DNA from: Mobula hypostoma
Taxonomy: Eukaryota
Direction of reading: 5' to 3'
Assembly (NCBI RefSeq): GCF_963921235.1
Contig: NC_086097.1
Coordinates: 24,926,001 to 24,990,000, forward strand
DNA length: 64,000 bases
Below, one piece after another: positions 38,013 through 50,825 of the stretch. Positions within the stretch are counted from its first letter, which is position 1. Each line of letters begins with the position of its first letter. The translations under genes were made by a program, and so were the position numbers. The notes under the pieces were generated by a model, which made no database searches, was not told the origin of the DNA, and saw only the letters and a program-made list of their open reading frames with translations.

Positions 38013-40733
38013 TTGGGGTTTAAACTAGAGTTGCAGGGGGATGGGAACCAGAGAGCCAGAACAGTTTGTGGAGAGGTTGTGGAGGCCGATGGTGGTAAGA
38101 CCTCAGAGAAAGTTAGGAATCAAAAGGTTGAGCATGGTGTGACTAGAGTCCTGAGCCGCCTGTATTTCAATGCAAAAAGTATTGTTGGAAAAGTGGATGA
38201 TAGTGCTGAAGATGAGGTAGCTAGTTTACAAACAGAGGCAATGTGTAGTGAGGAGAGGCTGATTATAGGGCAAAATTGCAGTCAACAGGATGAGTTGCAA
38301 CATAAAAGGCAGACAAAATCAAAAAGGGTGAGTGCAGGGCAGAAGGTATTGTATTTGAATGCACGCAGTATACGGAATAAGGCAGATGAACTTGAAAGCC
38401 CAGTTGCAGATTGGTAGGCAACGCTGAATCATGACTGAAAGTTTATAGCTGGGTGCTCAATATCCAAGGATACACATTGTACTGGAAGGATGGGCAGGAA
38501 GGCAGAGGAGAGGCATTGCTCTGTTGATAAAAAAAATGAAGTCAAATCATTAGAAAGAGGTGACATGGGGTGTTGAATCATTGTGGATAGAGCTAAGGAA
38601 CTGCAAGGGTAAAAGGATCCAGATGGGAGTTGTATACAGACCCCCAAACAGTAGTAGGGATGCGGCCTACAAATTGCAATGGGAGATAAAAATCACATGC
38701 CAAAAGGACAATGTTATAATAGTCATGAAGGACTTCAATATGCAGGTAGATTGTTGAAAAGCAGGTTGGTGCTCAGTTACAGGAGGGGGAATTTCTAGAG
38801 TGCCTACAAGGTGGCTTTTTAGAGCAGCTCATGGTTGAGCCCACTGGAGAAAGGCAATTCTGGATTGGGTGTTATGCAGTGAGTCAGAATTCATTAGAGA
38901 GCTTAAGGTAAAAGAACCCATAGGGGAAGTGATCATAATATGATCAAATTCACCCTGAAATTTGAGAAGAAGCTAAAGTCAGATGTGTCAGTAATACAGT
39001 GGAGTAAAGGGAGGCATGAGAGAGGAGTTGGCCAGAACTGATTGGAAAAGAACGGACAGGAATGATGGCAGAGCTGCAATGGCTAGAATTTCTCGAAGCA
39101 ATTCAGAAGGCACAGGATATATACATCCCAAAGAGAAAGATGTATTCTAAAGGAAAGATGACACACCCACGGCTAACAAGAGATGTTAAAGCCAAAGAGA
39201 GGGCAAAAAATAGTGGAGAGTTAAAGGATTGGGAAACTTTTAAAAACCAACAGAAAGCAATTTTAAAAGTCATTAAGAAGGTAAAGATGGTATACGAAAG
39301 TAAGGTAGCCAATAATATTAAACGGAATACCAAAAGTTTCTTGTGTTTGTATATAAAATGTAAAAGAGAGACGAAAGTGGATACCGGACCATTGGAAAAG
39401 GATGCTGGAGAGAGGTAGTAATGGGGGCAACAAAATAACAAATAGGCTGAATAAGTATTTTGCATCAGTCTTCACTGTGGAAAACACTCACAGTGTGGTG
39501 GAAGTTCAATGTCTCAGGGGACATGAAGTGTGTAAAGTTACCATAACTAGAGAGAAGGTTCTTGGGAAATTGAAAGGTCTGAAGGTGGATAGGTCACCTG
39601 GACCAGATGGTGTACACCCCAGGGTTCTGAAAAAGGTGGCTGAAGAGATTGTGGAGGCATTAGTATTGATCTTGCAAGAATTAATAGATTCAGGAATAGT
39701 TCAGTGGTTAGAAAGATGTTGGAGTCGATTATTAAGGATGAGGTCTCAGGGTACTTGGAGGCACATGATAAAATAGGCCATAGTCAGCATGGTTTCCTCA
39801 AGGGAAAATCTTGCCTGAGAAATCTGTTGGAAATCCTTCAGAAATAACAAGCAGGACAGACAAAGGAGAATCTGTTATATTCCATATTTGGATTTTCAGA
39901 AGGCTTTTGACAAGGTGCCACACATGAGGCAGCTTTACAAGCTGTGAGCCCATGGTATTACAGGAAAGATTCTAGCATGGATAAGGCAGTGGCTGATTGG
40001 CAAGAGGCAAAGAGTAGGAATACAGGGAGCCTTTTCTAGCTGGCTGCTGGTGACTAGTAGTATTTCACCGGTGTCTGTGTTGGAACCGATTCTTTTTATG
40101 TTACATGTCAATGACTTAGATGATGGAATTGATGGCTTTGTTGCAAAATTTGCAGACAATATGAAGATAGGTGCAGCAGTAGGTTGTTTTGAAATAGAGC
40201 GGCTACAAAAGGATTTAGATAATTAGGAGAATGGGCAAAAAAAATGGCAGATGGAACAATGTATGGGGAAGTATATGTCATGCACTTTGGTAGAAGGAAT
40301 AAAAGCGTAGACTATTTTATAAACAGAATTCAGAAGAATGAGAGGTGACCTCATCAAAACCTTTCGAATGGTGAAAGGCCTTGACAGAGAGGATGTGGAG
40401 AGGATGTTTCCTGTGGTGGGAGAGTCTAAGACCAGAGGGCACAGCCTCAGAATAGAGGGGCATCCTTTTAGAATGGAAATGAAGAGGAATTTCTTTATCC
40501 AGAGATTTGTGAATCCGTGGAATTCTTTGTGATAGGCAGCTGTGGAGGCCAAGTCTTTATATATATTTAAGGAAGAGGTTGATAGGTTCTAGATTGGTCA
40601 CGGGCTGAAGGGATACAGGGAGAAGGCAGGAGATTGGAGCTGAGAGGAAAATTGGATCAGCCATGATGAAATGGCGGAGCAGACTCAATGGGCCAAATAG
40701 CCTAATTCTACTCCTATATCTTATGGTCTTATA
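38013..40733 (+). mobile_element. 5'-truncated chimeric-type CR1
   Basis: ORF 38013-38417 contains both LYFNAKSIVGK and LYLNARSIRNK; RT pieces; cttatggtcttat tail. Confidence 0.92.
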
Positions 40734-40809
40734 TGAGGTTGGTTTGGTTTGCCAATTGATTATTGATTTAATTGGCTTGAAACAGGACTGTGGGCCAAAG
40801 GGCTGTGCT

Positions 40810-41135
40810 GTTCTATGTTCTATTAAAAGTGTTTTGAAGTGTTTGCAGTGCAGTGTCTGATGTAATAGGTAGAGGTGGGGAGGGGCTACATACAATGGCT
40901 GTTCAGATTAACTGCCTAGGGGAAGAAATTCTTAAAATAGCATGAAGTCTTTGTTTTAATAGTTGTATAGCATTTTCCAGAAGGGAGATTTTGGAAAGGT
41001 AGTTTGAATGGTGGGTAGTGTCAGCAGTGATTTTTCTGCCTGCTTCTTAATTCTGGACTCAGACAAGTCCTGCAGTGATGAATGACTGTAGCCAATGACC
41101 TTTTTTGCTGACCTGACAGTTTGCTGTAGCTTTTG
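40810..41135 (-). mobile_element. Rex1-type 3' fragment
   Basis: KLQQTVRSAKKVIG..LQDL. Confidence 0.7.
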
Positions 41136-41302
41136 TGTATTGTAAGAGGATTCTGGTACAAAAACTATAGCCCTTAGTTCCCTATATAACAAAGAATATA
41201 GTCAGAGCCTGGCCAGTCTTTCCCTATAATTTAGGGCCTCGAGTCCTGGCAGCAGGGAAGGGGAAGTGGTCGAGGCAGGTACAATAATAGCATTTTAGAT
41301 GA

Positions 41303-42185
41303 GACCATAAGATATAGGAGCAGAATTAGGCCACTTGGCCCATCCAATCTGCTCCACCATTTCTTCATGGCTGATCCAATTTTCCTCTCAGCCCCAATCT
41401 CCTGCCTTCTCCCCAAATCCCTTCATTCCATGACCAGTCAAGGATCTATCAACCTCTGTCTTAAATATACATAAAGACTTGACTTCCACAGTTGCTTGTG
41501 ACAAAGAATTTGACAGATTCACCACACTCTGGCTAAAGAAGTTCCTCCTTATCCCTGCTGTAAAAGAACACTCCTCTGTTGTGAGTCTGTGTCCCCTGGT
41601 CTTAGATTCTCCCATCATAGGAAACATCCACTCTATCAAGGCCTTGCACCATTCAATAGGTTTCAATTATTCTGCTGAATTCTAGCCATCAAATGCTCTT
41701 CATATGCAAGCCATTCAATCCTGGAATCATTCTCATGAACCTCCACTGAACCCTCTCCAGTATCAGCACACCCTTTCTATGGGGCCCAAACCTCACACGA
41801 TACTCCAAGAGAGGACTCACCAGTGTTTTATAAAGTCTCAACATTACATCCTTGCTTTTATATTCTAGTCCTCTTGAAATGAATGCTAATATCGCACTTG
41901 CCTTCCTCACCACAGACTCAACCTGCAAATTAACGTTTTAGGGGATCCTGCACAAGGACTCCTTTTCACCTTAGATTTTTTTCTCTCCATTTAGAAAATA
42001 GTCAACGCTTTCATTTCTTCTACCACACTTCCCAACACTGCATTCCATCTGCCACTTCTTGTCCATTCTCCAAATCTGTCTAAGTCTTTCTGTAGCCTCT
42101 CTACTTCCTCAAAACTACCTGCCCCTCCACCTACCTTCATATCATCTGCAAACTTTGCAACAAAGCCGTCAATTCCATCCTCCAA
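41303..42185 (-). mobile_element. CR1 3' fragment
   Basis: GFVAKFADD; LAFISRGLEYKSKDVMLRLYK; RRNFFSQ. Confidence 0.9.
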
Positions 42186-42244
42186 TGAGTACATAGATAG
42201 GATGGGTTTACAGGGATACAGGACAAACATAGGACTCTCCTGGT

Positions 42245-42562
42245 GGCATCAGGGCAGTACAGTAGCGTAGTGGTTAGTGCAGTCTCTTTATCGCCTATCA
42301 GGATCCAATTCCCATCGCTGTCTGTTAAAAGTTTGTACATTCCACCTGTGACTGTGTAGCATTCCTCCTGTTATTCTGGTTTCCTCCCATATTCCAGAGA
42401 TGTAGCATGAGTAAGTTGTGAGCATGTTACTTTGGCACAAGAAGAATTGTGACACTTGCAGGCTGTCCCTCGTATAATTCTCAAAGATTTGACTTGACAC
42501 AAAACCACACATTTCACTGTGTATTTCAATGTACGTGACAAACAAAGCTAATCTTTATCTTT
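42245..42562 (+). mobile_element. tRNA-derived V-SINE variant
   Basis: gtagcgtagtggttag A-box; V-domain-like core; its tail is related to antisense pieces at 19450-19570 and 37485-37590. Confidence 0.65.
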
Positions 42563-45500
42563 AATGATGGTCAGCATGGATGATTTGGGCCGAAGGGCCA
42601 GCTTCCGTGATGTATTATTCTATAACTATGACTCTGTACCCCTATCCACATGCATCAGCCGTTTTTATCTGCTATCTACGCAAGTTCCTTCAGCCATCTC
42701 TTCCTATCATACACTTGACAGGCAAATAATCTTTTCTGAAGAAAATGCTGAGCGCTCGTCTGATCACTGGACGTTGATTCATGGGGCTCGTAAGTCTTGC
42801 CAATGAGATTAGAATACAATCAATTAACCTCCCCTCTCTCCGTTACACTTGTCATTTATGCCTGACACTCTGGTTGCAGAAACGTTTCATCCCTGAAACT
42901 TGAGTGAGAGAAGGCGAAAAGCTGTAGGGAGTTTTTTTTTCTTTTTCTCACAGTTTATTTATTGTTTTTCCTTCTATATATTTGCTCCATTAGGACAGTA
43001 GACATGCTCCTCTTGTAGGATAGGGGAAGGCAGGGAGCCCTCCAGTGTCCCTGACGAATACATCAGAGAGAAGTCCATCCAGCTGCAGCTTCTAACACGC
43101 CGCATTAAGGAGTTGGAGCTGGAACTGGATGAACTCCAGATCATTTGAGAGGCTGAAGGGGTGATAGATAGGACATGTAGAGAGGTAGCTACACCCAAGG
43201 TGCAGGACAGAGGAAACAGGATGACAGTCAGGAAGGGGAAAAGGGTTAACGAGCCAGTGCAGAGTACCCCTGTGGCCATCCCCCTCAACAACAGGTATAT
43301 CACTTTGGATACTGTTGGGGGGATGACCTAAACAGAGGAAAGGCATAGTGGTCAGGTCTCTTGCACTGAGTCTGGTTCTGTGACGCAGAATGGAAGCGGG
43401 AAGAAGAGGTGAGCTGTGGTGATAGCAGATTTGTTAGTTAGGGAAATAGAAAGGTATGAGATAGACAAGAATGAGATTCCCGGATGGTATGTTCCTTCCC
43501 AGGTGCCAGGGTCCAGGACATCTTGGATTGAGTCCTCAGCATTCGTAAGTGAGAGGGTGAACAGCCGGAAGTCGTGGTCCATGTAGGTACCAATGACACA
43601 GATAGGAAGAGTGACGAGGTTCTGTGAAGTGAGTTCAGGGATTTAGGTGCTAAGATAAAGGTCAGGACCTCCAGGGTTGTGATCTCAGGATTGCTACCTG
43701 TGCCATGTGTCAGTGAGGCCAGACACAGGAAGATTATACAGTTTATCACGTGGGAAGGAGTTGGTGTAGGATGGAGGGTGACAGATTCTTCAGTTATTGG
43801 GCTCTCTTCGTGGGAAGGTGGTGCCTGTACAGAAGAACAACTGAACTGGAGAGCGACTAACATCCTCGTGGGATGGTTTGCTTGTGCTGGGGTGGGTGTG
43901 GTTTAGAGTTGCAGGGGGATGGGAACCAGAGTGCCAGAACTGATAGCGGAGAGGTTGTGGTGGCAGACGTTGTTAAGACCTCAGACAAAGTCAGGAATCA
44001 AGTTGAGCATTGTGCGACTAACGTCCTGAGCTGTGTATCTTTCAATGCAAGAAATATTGTACAAAAAGCAGATGAGCTCAGGGCATGGATCAACACCTGG
44101 AATTATGATATCATAGTCATTAGTGAAATTTGGTTGCACAAGGGGCAGGATTGGCGGCTGAGTATTCCAGGGTTCCGTTGTTTTAAACGCGACAGAGTGA
44201 GAGGGATTAAAGGAAGAGGGATGGCGTTGCTAGTCAGGCAAAATGTGATGGCAGTCTTCAGAAGGACAGACTGGAGAACTCAACTAGTGAGGCTTTATGA
44301 GTGGAACTGAGGAATAAGAAAGGTATGATCACGTTAATGGGGCTATATTACAAAGCAGCCAAAAGTCAGCAGGATTTAGAGGAACAAACTTGTAGAGCGA
44401 TTGCAGACTGCTGCAAGAAACATAAGGTTGTTATAGTAGATAATTTTAGCCTACCACATATTGACTGGGAATCCCATACTGTAAAAGGACTGGATAGGAT
44501 AGAGCTTGTCGAATGCGTTCAGAGAAGTTTCCCTCCTCAGTATGTAGGAGTCCCAATGACAGTGTGCAATTCTTGTTCAGCTCTTAGACAGGAATGAGAC
44601 AGGGCAGGAGACAGAAGTTTCCAATGATCAAATGCTATTAGTTTCCAGCAGCCCAATCAGTGGCAGGAGCAGGCCACAGCAACAGGGTTTCTCGCAGGTT
44701 GGTGACACTTGCTTAAAAGGGACAGAAGGGACAAGCAGGTGACCATTGTCGGGGCAGCCATTGTTGGAAGTAGGCTAGTGGCAAGAGTAGGGGTGTCAGG
44801 CTTTCGCTCAAAGGAGGCTTTGGCTCAAAAGAGGCATAGGTTCTGGGTAAGTTTCTGTTCAGGTTCCCTTTTTTTTCTCCCTCACTGTACCCAGTGTAGT
44901 AAATGGCTGTTGTGTGTTCTTCATGCTGGATGTTGGAGTCCTGGGAGACCCAGACTCCCCCAGGGAACTACATCTGTGTGAAGTGCGTTGAAGACTGTGT
45001 TAGGGATCTGGAGCAGCAGCAGGATGGCTTTCGGCTTGTACGGGAGAGTAAGGAGGTAATTGATCAGAGTTACAGCGAAGTAGTCGCACCTAAGTTGCAG
45101 GGGGCGAGTATCTGGTTGACTATCAGGAGAAATGGAAATGTGAATAGGCAGCTAGAGCAGAGCACACCTGTGGCCATTCCTCTCAATAATAAGTATACTG
45201 TTTTGGATACCTGTGTGAGGGATGACCTCTCAAGGGAATGCCACAGAGACCGGGTTACTGGCACTGAGCTTGGGTCCATGGTGCAGAAGGGAAAGAGGGA
45301 GAAGAGGGGAGCAGTAGTGATAGAGGACTCAATAGTGAAGGGAACAGACAGGAGATTCTGTGGACATGAACGGGACATCCGAATGGTATGTTTCCTCCCA
45401 GATGCCAGGGTCAGGGACATCTCAGACCATGTCCACAGCATTTTGGAGAGGGAGGGAGAGCAGCCAGATGACTTGGTAATAATGACATAGGAAGGAAAAG

Positions 45501-46951
45501 CAATGAGGTTCTGAAAAGAGAATTTAGAGAGTTAGGTAGAAAGCAGAGAAGCAGGACCTCCAAGGTAGTAATTTCTGGATGGCCGCCTGTGCCACACACC
45601 AGTGAGTGTAGAAACAGGATGATATGGCAGATTGTGTGGCTGAGAAGCTGGCGCAGGGCTGCAGGTTCCTGGATCATTGGGATCTCTTCTGGGGAAGGTA
45701 TGACCTGTCCAAAAGTGACTGGTTCCACCTGAACCTGAGGGGGCCCAATATCCTCAAGGGCACATTTGTTAGAGATGTTGGGGAGGGTTTAAGCTAATTT
45801 GGCAGGGGGCTGGGAATTGGAATGAAGGGATCCAGAAAGGATGAATGGTGAAAAGGCAAAGATAGCGTGCAGTCAGACTGTCAGGAAGCGCAGGCAGATG
45901 AGAGGACAAAATTGCAGCCAGCAGGGTGAGTATCAGTGCATTAGGGATGCAAAACCAAAAAAGGTAACAAATACAGTACTCAAAGTTTTATATCTCAATG
46001 CACAGAGTATAAAAAATAAGCTGGATGCATTATTACAGATTGTCAGGTATGATGTTGTGGCCATCAGTGAATCGTGGCTGAAGGATGGTTGTAGTTGGGA
46101 GCTGAATGTCCAAGGTTACACGTTATATCGGAGGGATAGGAAGGTAGGCAGAGGAGGTGTCGTGGTTCTGCTTGTAAAGAATGGCAGCAGATCAGTAGAA
46201 AGATGTGACGTAAGATTGGAAGGTGTTAAATCCTTGTGGGTTGAGTTAAGAAACTGCAAGGATAAAAGGACCCTGATGGCAGTTATATACAGGCCTCCCA
46301 ACAGTAGCTGGGATGTGCACTACAGATTACAATGGGAAACAGAAAAGGCATGTCAAAAGGGCAATGTTATGATAGTCATGGGAGATTTCAACATGTAGGT
46401 CGATTAGGAAAATCAGGTTGGTAATGGATCACAAGAGAGTGAGTTTATAGAATGCCTACGAGGTGACTTTTTAGAGCAGTTGGTTTTTGAACCTACTAGG
46501 GGATCAGCTGTACTGGATTGGGTGTTACTGGAGGTGATTAGGGAGCTTAAGGTAAAAGAATCCTTATGAGAGGGTGATCACAATATGACTGAATTCAAGA
46601 TGAAATTTGATAGGGAGAAAGTAAAGTCTAACGTAGCGGTATTTCAGTGGAGTAAAGGAAATTACAGTGGTATGAGAGAGGAATTGGCCAAAGTAAACTG
46701 GAAGGAGCTGTTGGCAGGAATGATGTGAGTTTCGGGGGGAAATGAGGATGGTGCAGGATAGGTGTATTCCAAAAACAAAGAAATACTCAAATAGCAAAAT
46801 AGTACAACCGTAGCTGACAAGAGAACTCAAAGCAAATGTAAAAGCAAAAGGGAGAGCACACAGCAAAGCAAAAATTAGTGGGAAGATAGAGGATTGGGAA
46901 GTTTTTTTTAAAACTACAGAGAGCAACTAAAAGGATCATTAGAGGGAAAAG

Positions 46952-47051
46952 CAACACACATAAAAGTTGCTGGTGAACGCAGCAGGCCAGGCAGCATCTC
47001 TAGGAAGAGGTGCAGTCGACGTTTCAGGCCGAGACCCTTCGTCAGGACTCA
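46952..47051 (-). mobile_element. 100-bp Penelope-derived mini-insertion with 14-bp TSD
   Basis: TSD attagagggaaaag at 46938-46951 and 47052-47065. Confidence 0.9.
47013..47049 (-). ncRNA. Minimal type I hammerhead ribozyme motif, core intact
   Basis: AGTC-CTGACGA-AGGGTCTCGGCCT-GAAAC-GTC-GACT on the minus strand. Confidence 0.75.
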
Positions 47052-50000
47052 ATTAGAGGGAAAAGATGAAATATGAAAGCAAGCTAGCAAATAATATCAA
47101 AGTGGATAGTAAAAGCTTTTTCACATATGTAAAAATAAAAGGGAGATGAGAGTGGATATAGGACCACTAGAAAATGAGGCTGGAGAAATAATAACGGGGG
47201 ATAAGGAGATGGTAAATAAACTAATAATTATTTTGCATCGGTCTTCACTATGGAAGACACTAGCAGTGTGCCAGATGTTGAAGGGTGTGAGGGAAGAGAA
47301 GTGAGTGCAGTTTCTGTTACAATGGAGAAGGTGCTCAAAAAGCTGAAAGATCTAAGGGTACATAAGTCACCTGGGCCAGCTGATCTGCATCCTAGTGTTC
47401 TGAAAGAGGTAGAGGTAGAGATTGTGGATTCATTAGTAATGATCTTTCAAAATTCATTGGATTCTGGCATGGTGTCAGGCTGGAAAATTGCAAATGTTAC
47501 TCCACTCTTTAAGGAAGGAGGAAGGAAGCAGAAAGGAAATTACAGCCCAGTTAGCCTGACCTCAGTGGTTGGGAAGATGTTGGAGTCAATTGTTAAGGAT
47601 GAGGTTAAGGAGTACTTGGTGACACAGGACAAATTATGATAAAGTCAGCATGGTTTCCTTATGGGAAAAACTTGCCTGACGAAGCTGTTAGAATTCTTTG
47701 AGGAGATTACAAGTATAATAGATAAAGGGGATTCAGTGGATGTTGTATATTTGGACTTTCAGAAGGCCCTTGACAAGGTGTCACACATGAGGCTGCTTAC
47801 CAAGTTAAGAGCCCATGGTATTATAGGAAAGTTACTGGCATGGCTAGAGCATTGGCTGATTGGTAGGAAGCAGTGAGTGGGAATAAAAGGATCGTTTTCT
47901 GGTTGGTGGCCAGTGACTCGTGGAGTTCTGTAGGGGTCAGTGTTGGGACTGCTTCTTTTTATTCTGCACATCAAAGATTCGGATGATGGAATAGATGGCT
48001 TTGTTGCCAAGGTTGCAGATGACATGAAGATTGGTAGAGAGGCAGGTAGTATTGAGGACGTAGGTAGGCTGCAGAGGGATTTAGGCAGATTAGGAGAATG
48101 GGCAAGAAAGTGGCAAATGACATACAATGTTGGAAAATGCATGATCATGCACTCTGGTAGAAGAAATAAAAGTGTAGACTATTTTTTAAATGGGGAGAAA
48201 ATCCAAAAATCTGAGATGGAAAGGGACTTGGGAGTCCTTGTGCAGAAGACCCTAAAGGTTAGCTTGCAGGTAGAGTCGGAGGTGAGGAAGGCAAATACAA
48301 TGTTAGCATTCATTTCAAGAGGTCTAGATACAAGAGCAGGGATGTGGTGCTGAGGCTTTATAAGGCACTGGTGAGGTCTCACCTTGAGTATTGTGAACAG
48401 TTTTTGTCTTCTCATCTAAGAAAAGATGTGCTGGCATTGGAGAGGGTCCAGAGGAGGCTCACAAGGATGATTCCGGGAATGAAAGGAACAAGGATGAGAG
48501 GGAATCTCATCGAAACCTTTCGAATGTTGAAAGGCCTAAGTGTAGATGTGGGAAGGATGTTTCCTATGGTGGGGGAATCTAGGACAAGAGGGCACAGCCT
48601 CAAGATAGAAGGGTGTCCATTTAAAACAGAGATGCAGAGAAATTCCCAGAGGGTAGTGAATTTGTGGAATTTATTACCATAGGCAGCTAGTTTGTTGGGT
48701 GTATTTAAGGCAGAGCTTGATACGTTCTTGATTGGACACGGCATCAAAGGTTACGGGGAGAAGGCCAGGGAGTAGGGCTGAGGAGGAAAATAAAGGATCA
48801 GCCATAATTAAATGGTAGAGCAGACTTGATGGGTCATATGGCCTAATTCTTCTCCTATGTCTTATAGTGTTATGGTCTTATGGTTTCAAAGTAAATATGG
48901 AAAAAGATAGGTCTTGTCCGTTGGTTGAGATTCTAAATTGGATCTGATGGTATCAGAAAGGATCTGGAAAGTTCAGATTGGGACAGGCTGTTTTCTGACA
49001 AAGTTGAACTTGGTATGTGGGAGGCCTTCAAAAGTGAAATTTTGAGAGTACAGAACTTGTATGTGCCTGTCAGAACAAAAGGTAAGATAACAAGTGCAGG
49101 GGACCTTGGTTTTCAAGAGATATTGAGGTCCTGGTTAAGAAAACGAAAAAAGGGGTGCATTTCAGGTATAGACAGGTAGGAACAAATTATGTACTTATGG
49201 AGGTTAAGAAGTGCATGAGAAAGAAATAAGAAAAAAATCAGGAGGGTTAAAAGGAGGCGTGAGGTTTCCCTACCAGACATGGTGAAAGAAAATCCTAAGG
49301 GATTCTGCAGATATATTTTAAGAGCAAAAGGATTGCAAGGGACAAAATTGACCTCTGGAAGATCAGAATGGTAATATATACGTGGAGCCAAAAGTGATGG
49401 AGGAGATCTTAAATGGATTCTTTGCATCTGTACTTACTCAGGAGACCAACACAGAATCTATCAAATTGAGGCAAAGCAGCAGTGACTTCAAGTACCCTAT
49501 ACAGATTATAGAGGAGGAGATGCTGTCTTGAGGTAAATTAGGCCCTGACAAGATGTTCCCTTGGACCTGCAGGAGACAATTGCAGAAATTGTAAGGGCTC
49601 TAGCAGAGATATTTAAACCATCTTTAATGACAGGTGAGGTACGGGAGGATTGGAATATAGCTAATGTTGTTCCTCTGTTTAAGAAAGGTTCTAAGTATAA
49701 ACCAGGAAATTATTGGCTGGTGAGCCCAAGATCAGTAGTGGGAAAGCTATTGCAAGGTATTCTAAGGAACCTCATATGAGCATTTGGGTAGACATTGGCT
49801 GATTAGGGATAGTCAGCATGGCTTTGTGTGTGGTAGGTCATGTCTAACCAATCTTACAGAGTTTTTTCAAGGAAGTCACCAGGAAAAATGATGAAGGCAA
49901 GGCAGTGGATGTTGTCTACATGGTCTTTCTCTCTCTCTCTCTGTGACCTGGGTGCAGACCACACCAATGCCGCTACTCAGAGGCACCGGAGTTGGTGCCT

Positions 50001-50454
50001 TCATGTTGGCATTAAGGCAGCATGTAGTGAAACTGTGAGTGATTGTCTTGGATGTTTCTTTTGCAATCTCACGACCCTGTTGGACATTGATTACTGCAGG
50101 CCTGCTTCCCTTGTTTGGTGGTGAGACAGCAGAGTCGCCTCATTCGTAGCAAGGACTAGGCTTCAATCCTTGGGCTTGTGTTGCAGCGTGGCATCTGTGT
50201 TCGGTTGGGGATGGCCTCTCCCTTCAGTGCTGGACTGATAAAATTACAGGCTGGACTGCTGGGAACCAACAACTTGCAGGACATGTCGCTCAGGGTCTTG
50301 GATTAAAATTTCATTTTCTTACGTGACTATATTCTTAGTTTTTCTTTTATTTTGAATGCACGTGTATGTTTCGCACCTTGGCCGCAAAGAAACACTGTCT
50401 CATTGGGCTGCATCCACCTATGGCTTGAATGACAATTAAACGATTTGATTTGAT

Positions 50455-50825
50455 TTCTCCCCCTCTCCATCCCTCTCTATCTCTCTTCTTTCCCTCCTTT
50501 CTCTCTCATACCCTATTCCTCTACTCATCTCTCTCGATCCCTCTCAACATCTCTCTGCATACTTCTCCTGACCTCTCTCCATCTCTCTCCTTATCTCTCT
50601 TCTCTCTCTCTATCATGTTCCTCTCCCCTCCCCTCCCTCCTTATTACCAACTCTCACACTCTCTCTTTCTCTCCCCTGTGCTTCTCCTGTCTTTCTTCCT
50701 CTCTCTCCCTCTACCCTCTCCCCTCTCTCCATCTCCATCACCCCCACTGTCTCCCATCTTTCTCTGTCTCACTTCCCCCCCTCTCTCTCACCCACCTCTT
50801 CCTCTCTTCTTTCTCTCTTCCTCAC
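50455..50825 (+). repeat. Polypyrimidine (CT-rich) tract
   Basis: ~370 bp CT low complexity. Confidence 0.95.

Larger units (their letters stand above)
44646..48882 (+). mobile_element. Full-length decayed CR1 type B nested in CR1 type A
   Basis: ORF1 44903-45490 with CxxC..CxxC, coiled coil and esterase (IEDSIVKG, CFLPDARVRD); APE 45841-46398; RT with VADD; cttatggt-type tail; gtttc at 44641-44645 and 48883-48887. Confidence 0.93.
42900..49925 (+). mobile_element. CR1 type A (ORF1, APE, start of RT), split by a nested CR1
   Basis: ORF1 highly similar to 1530-2550; APE VSFNARNIVQKADELRAWINTWNYD; breaks at 44645 and resumes at 48883. Confidence 0.88.

Noticed and set aside
47759..48415. Recurrent ORFs such as MIMHFPTLY.. 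and MASTAT..FHRFTTLW
   Set aside because: Antisense shadows of CR1 ORF2, recurring only because the LINE recurs
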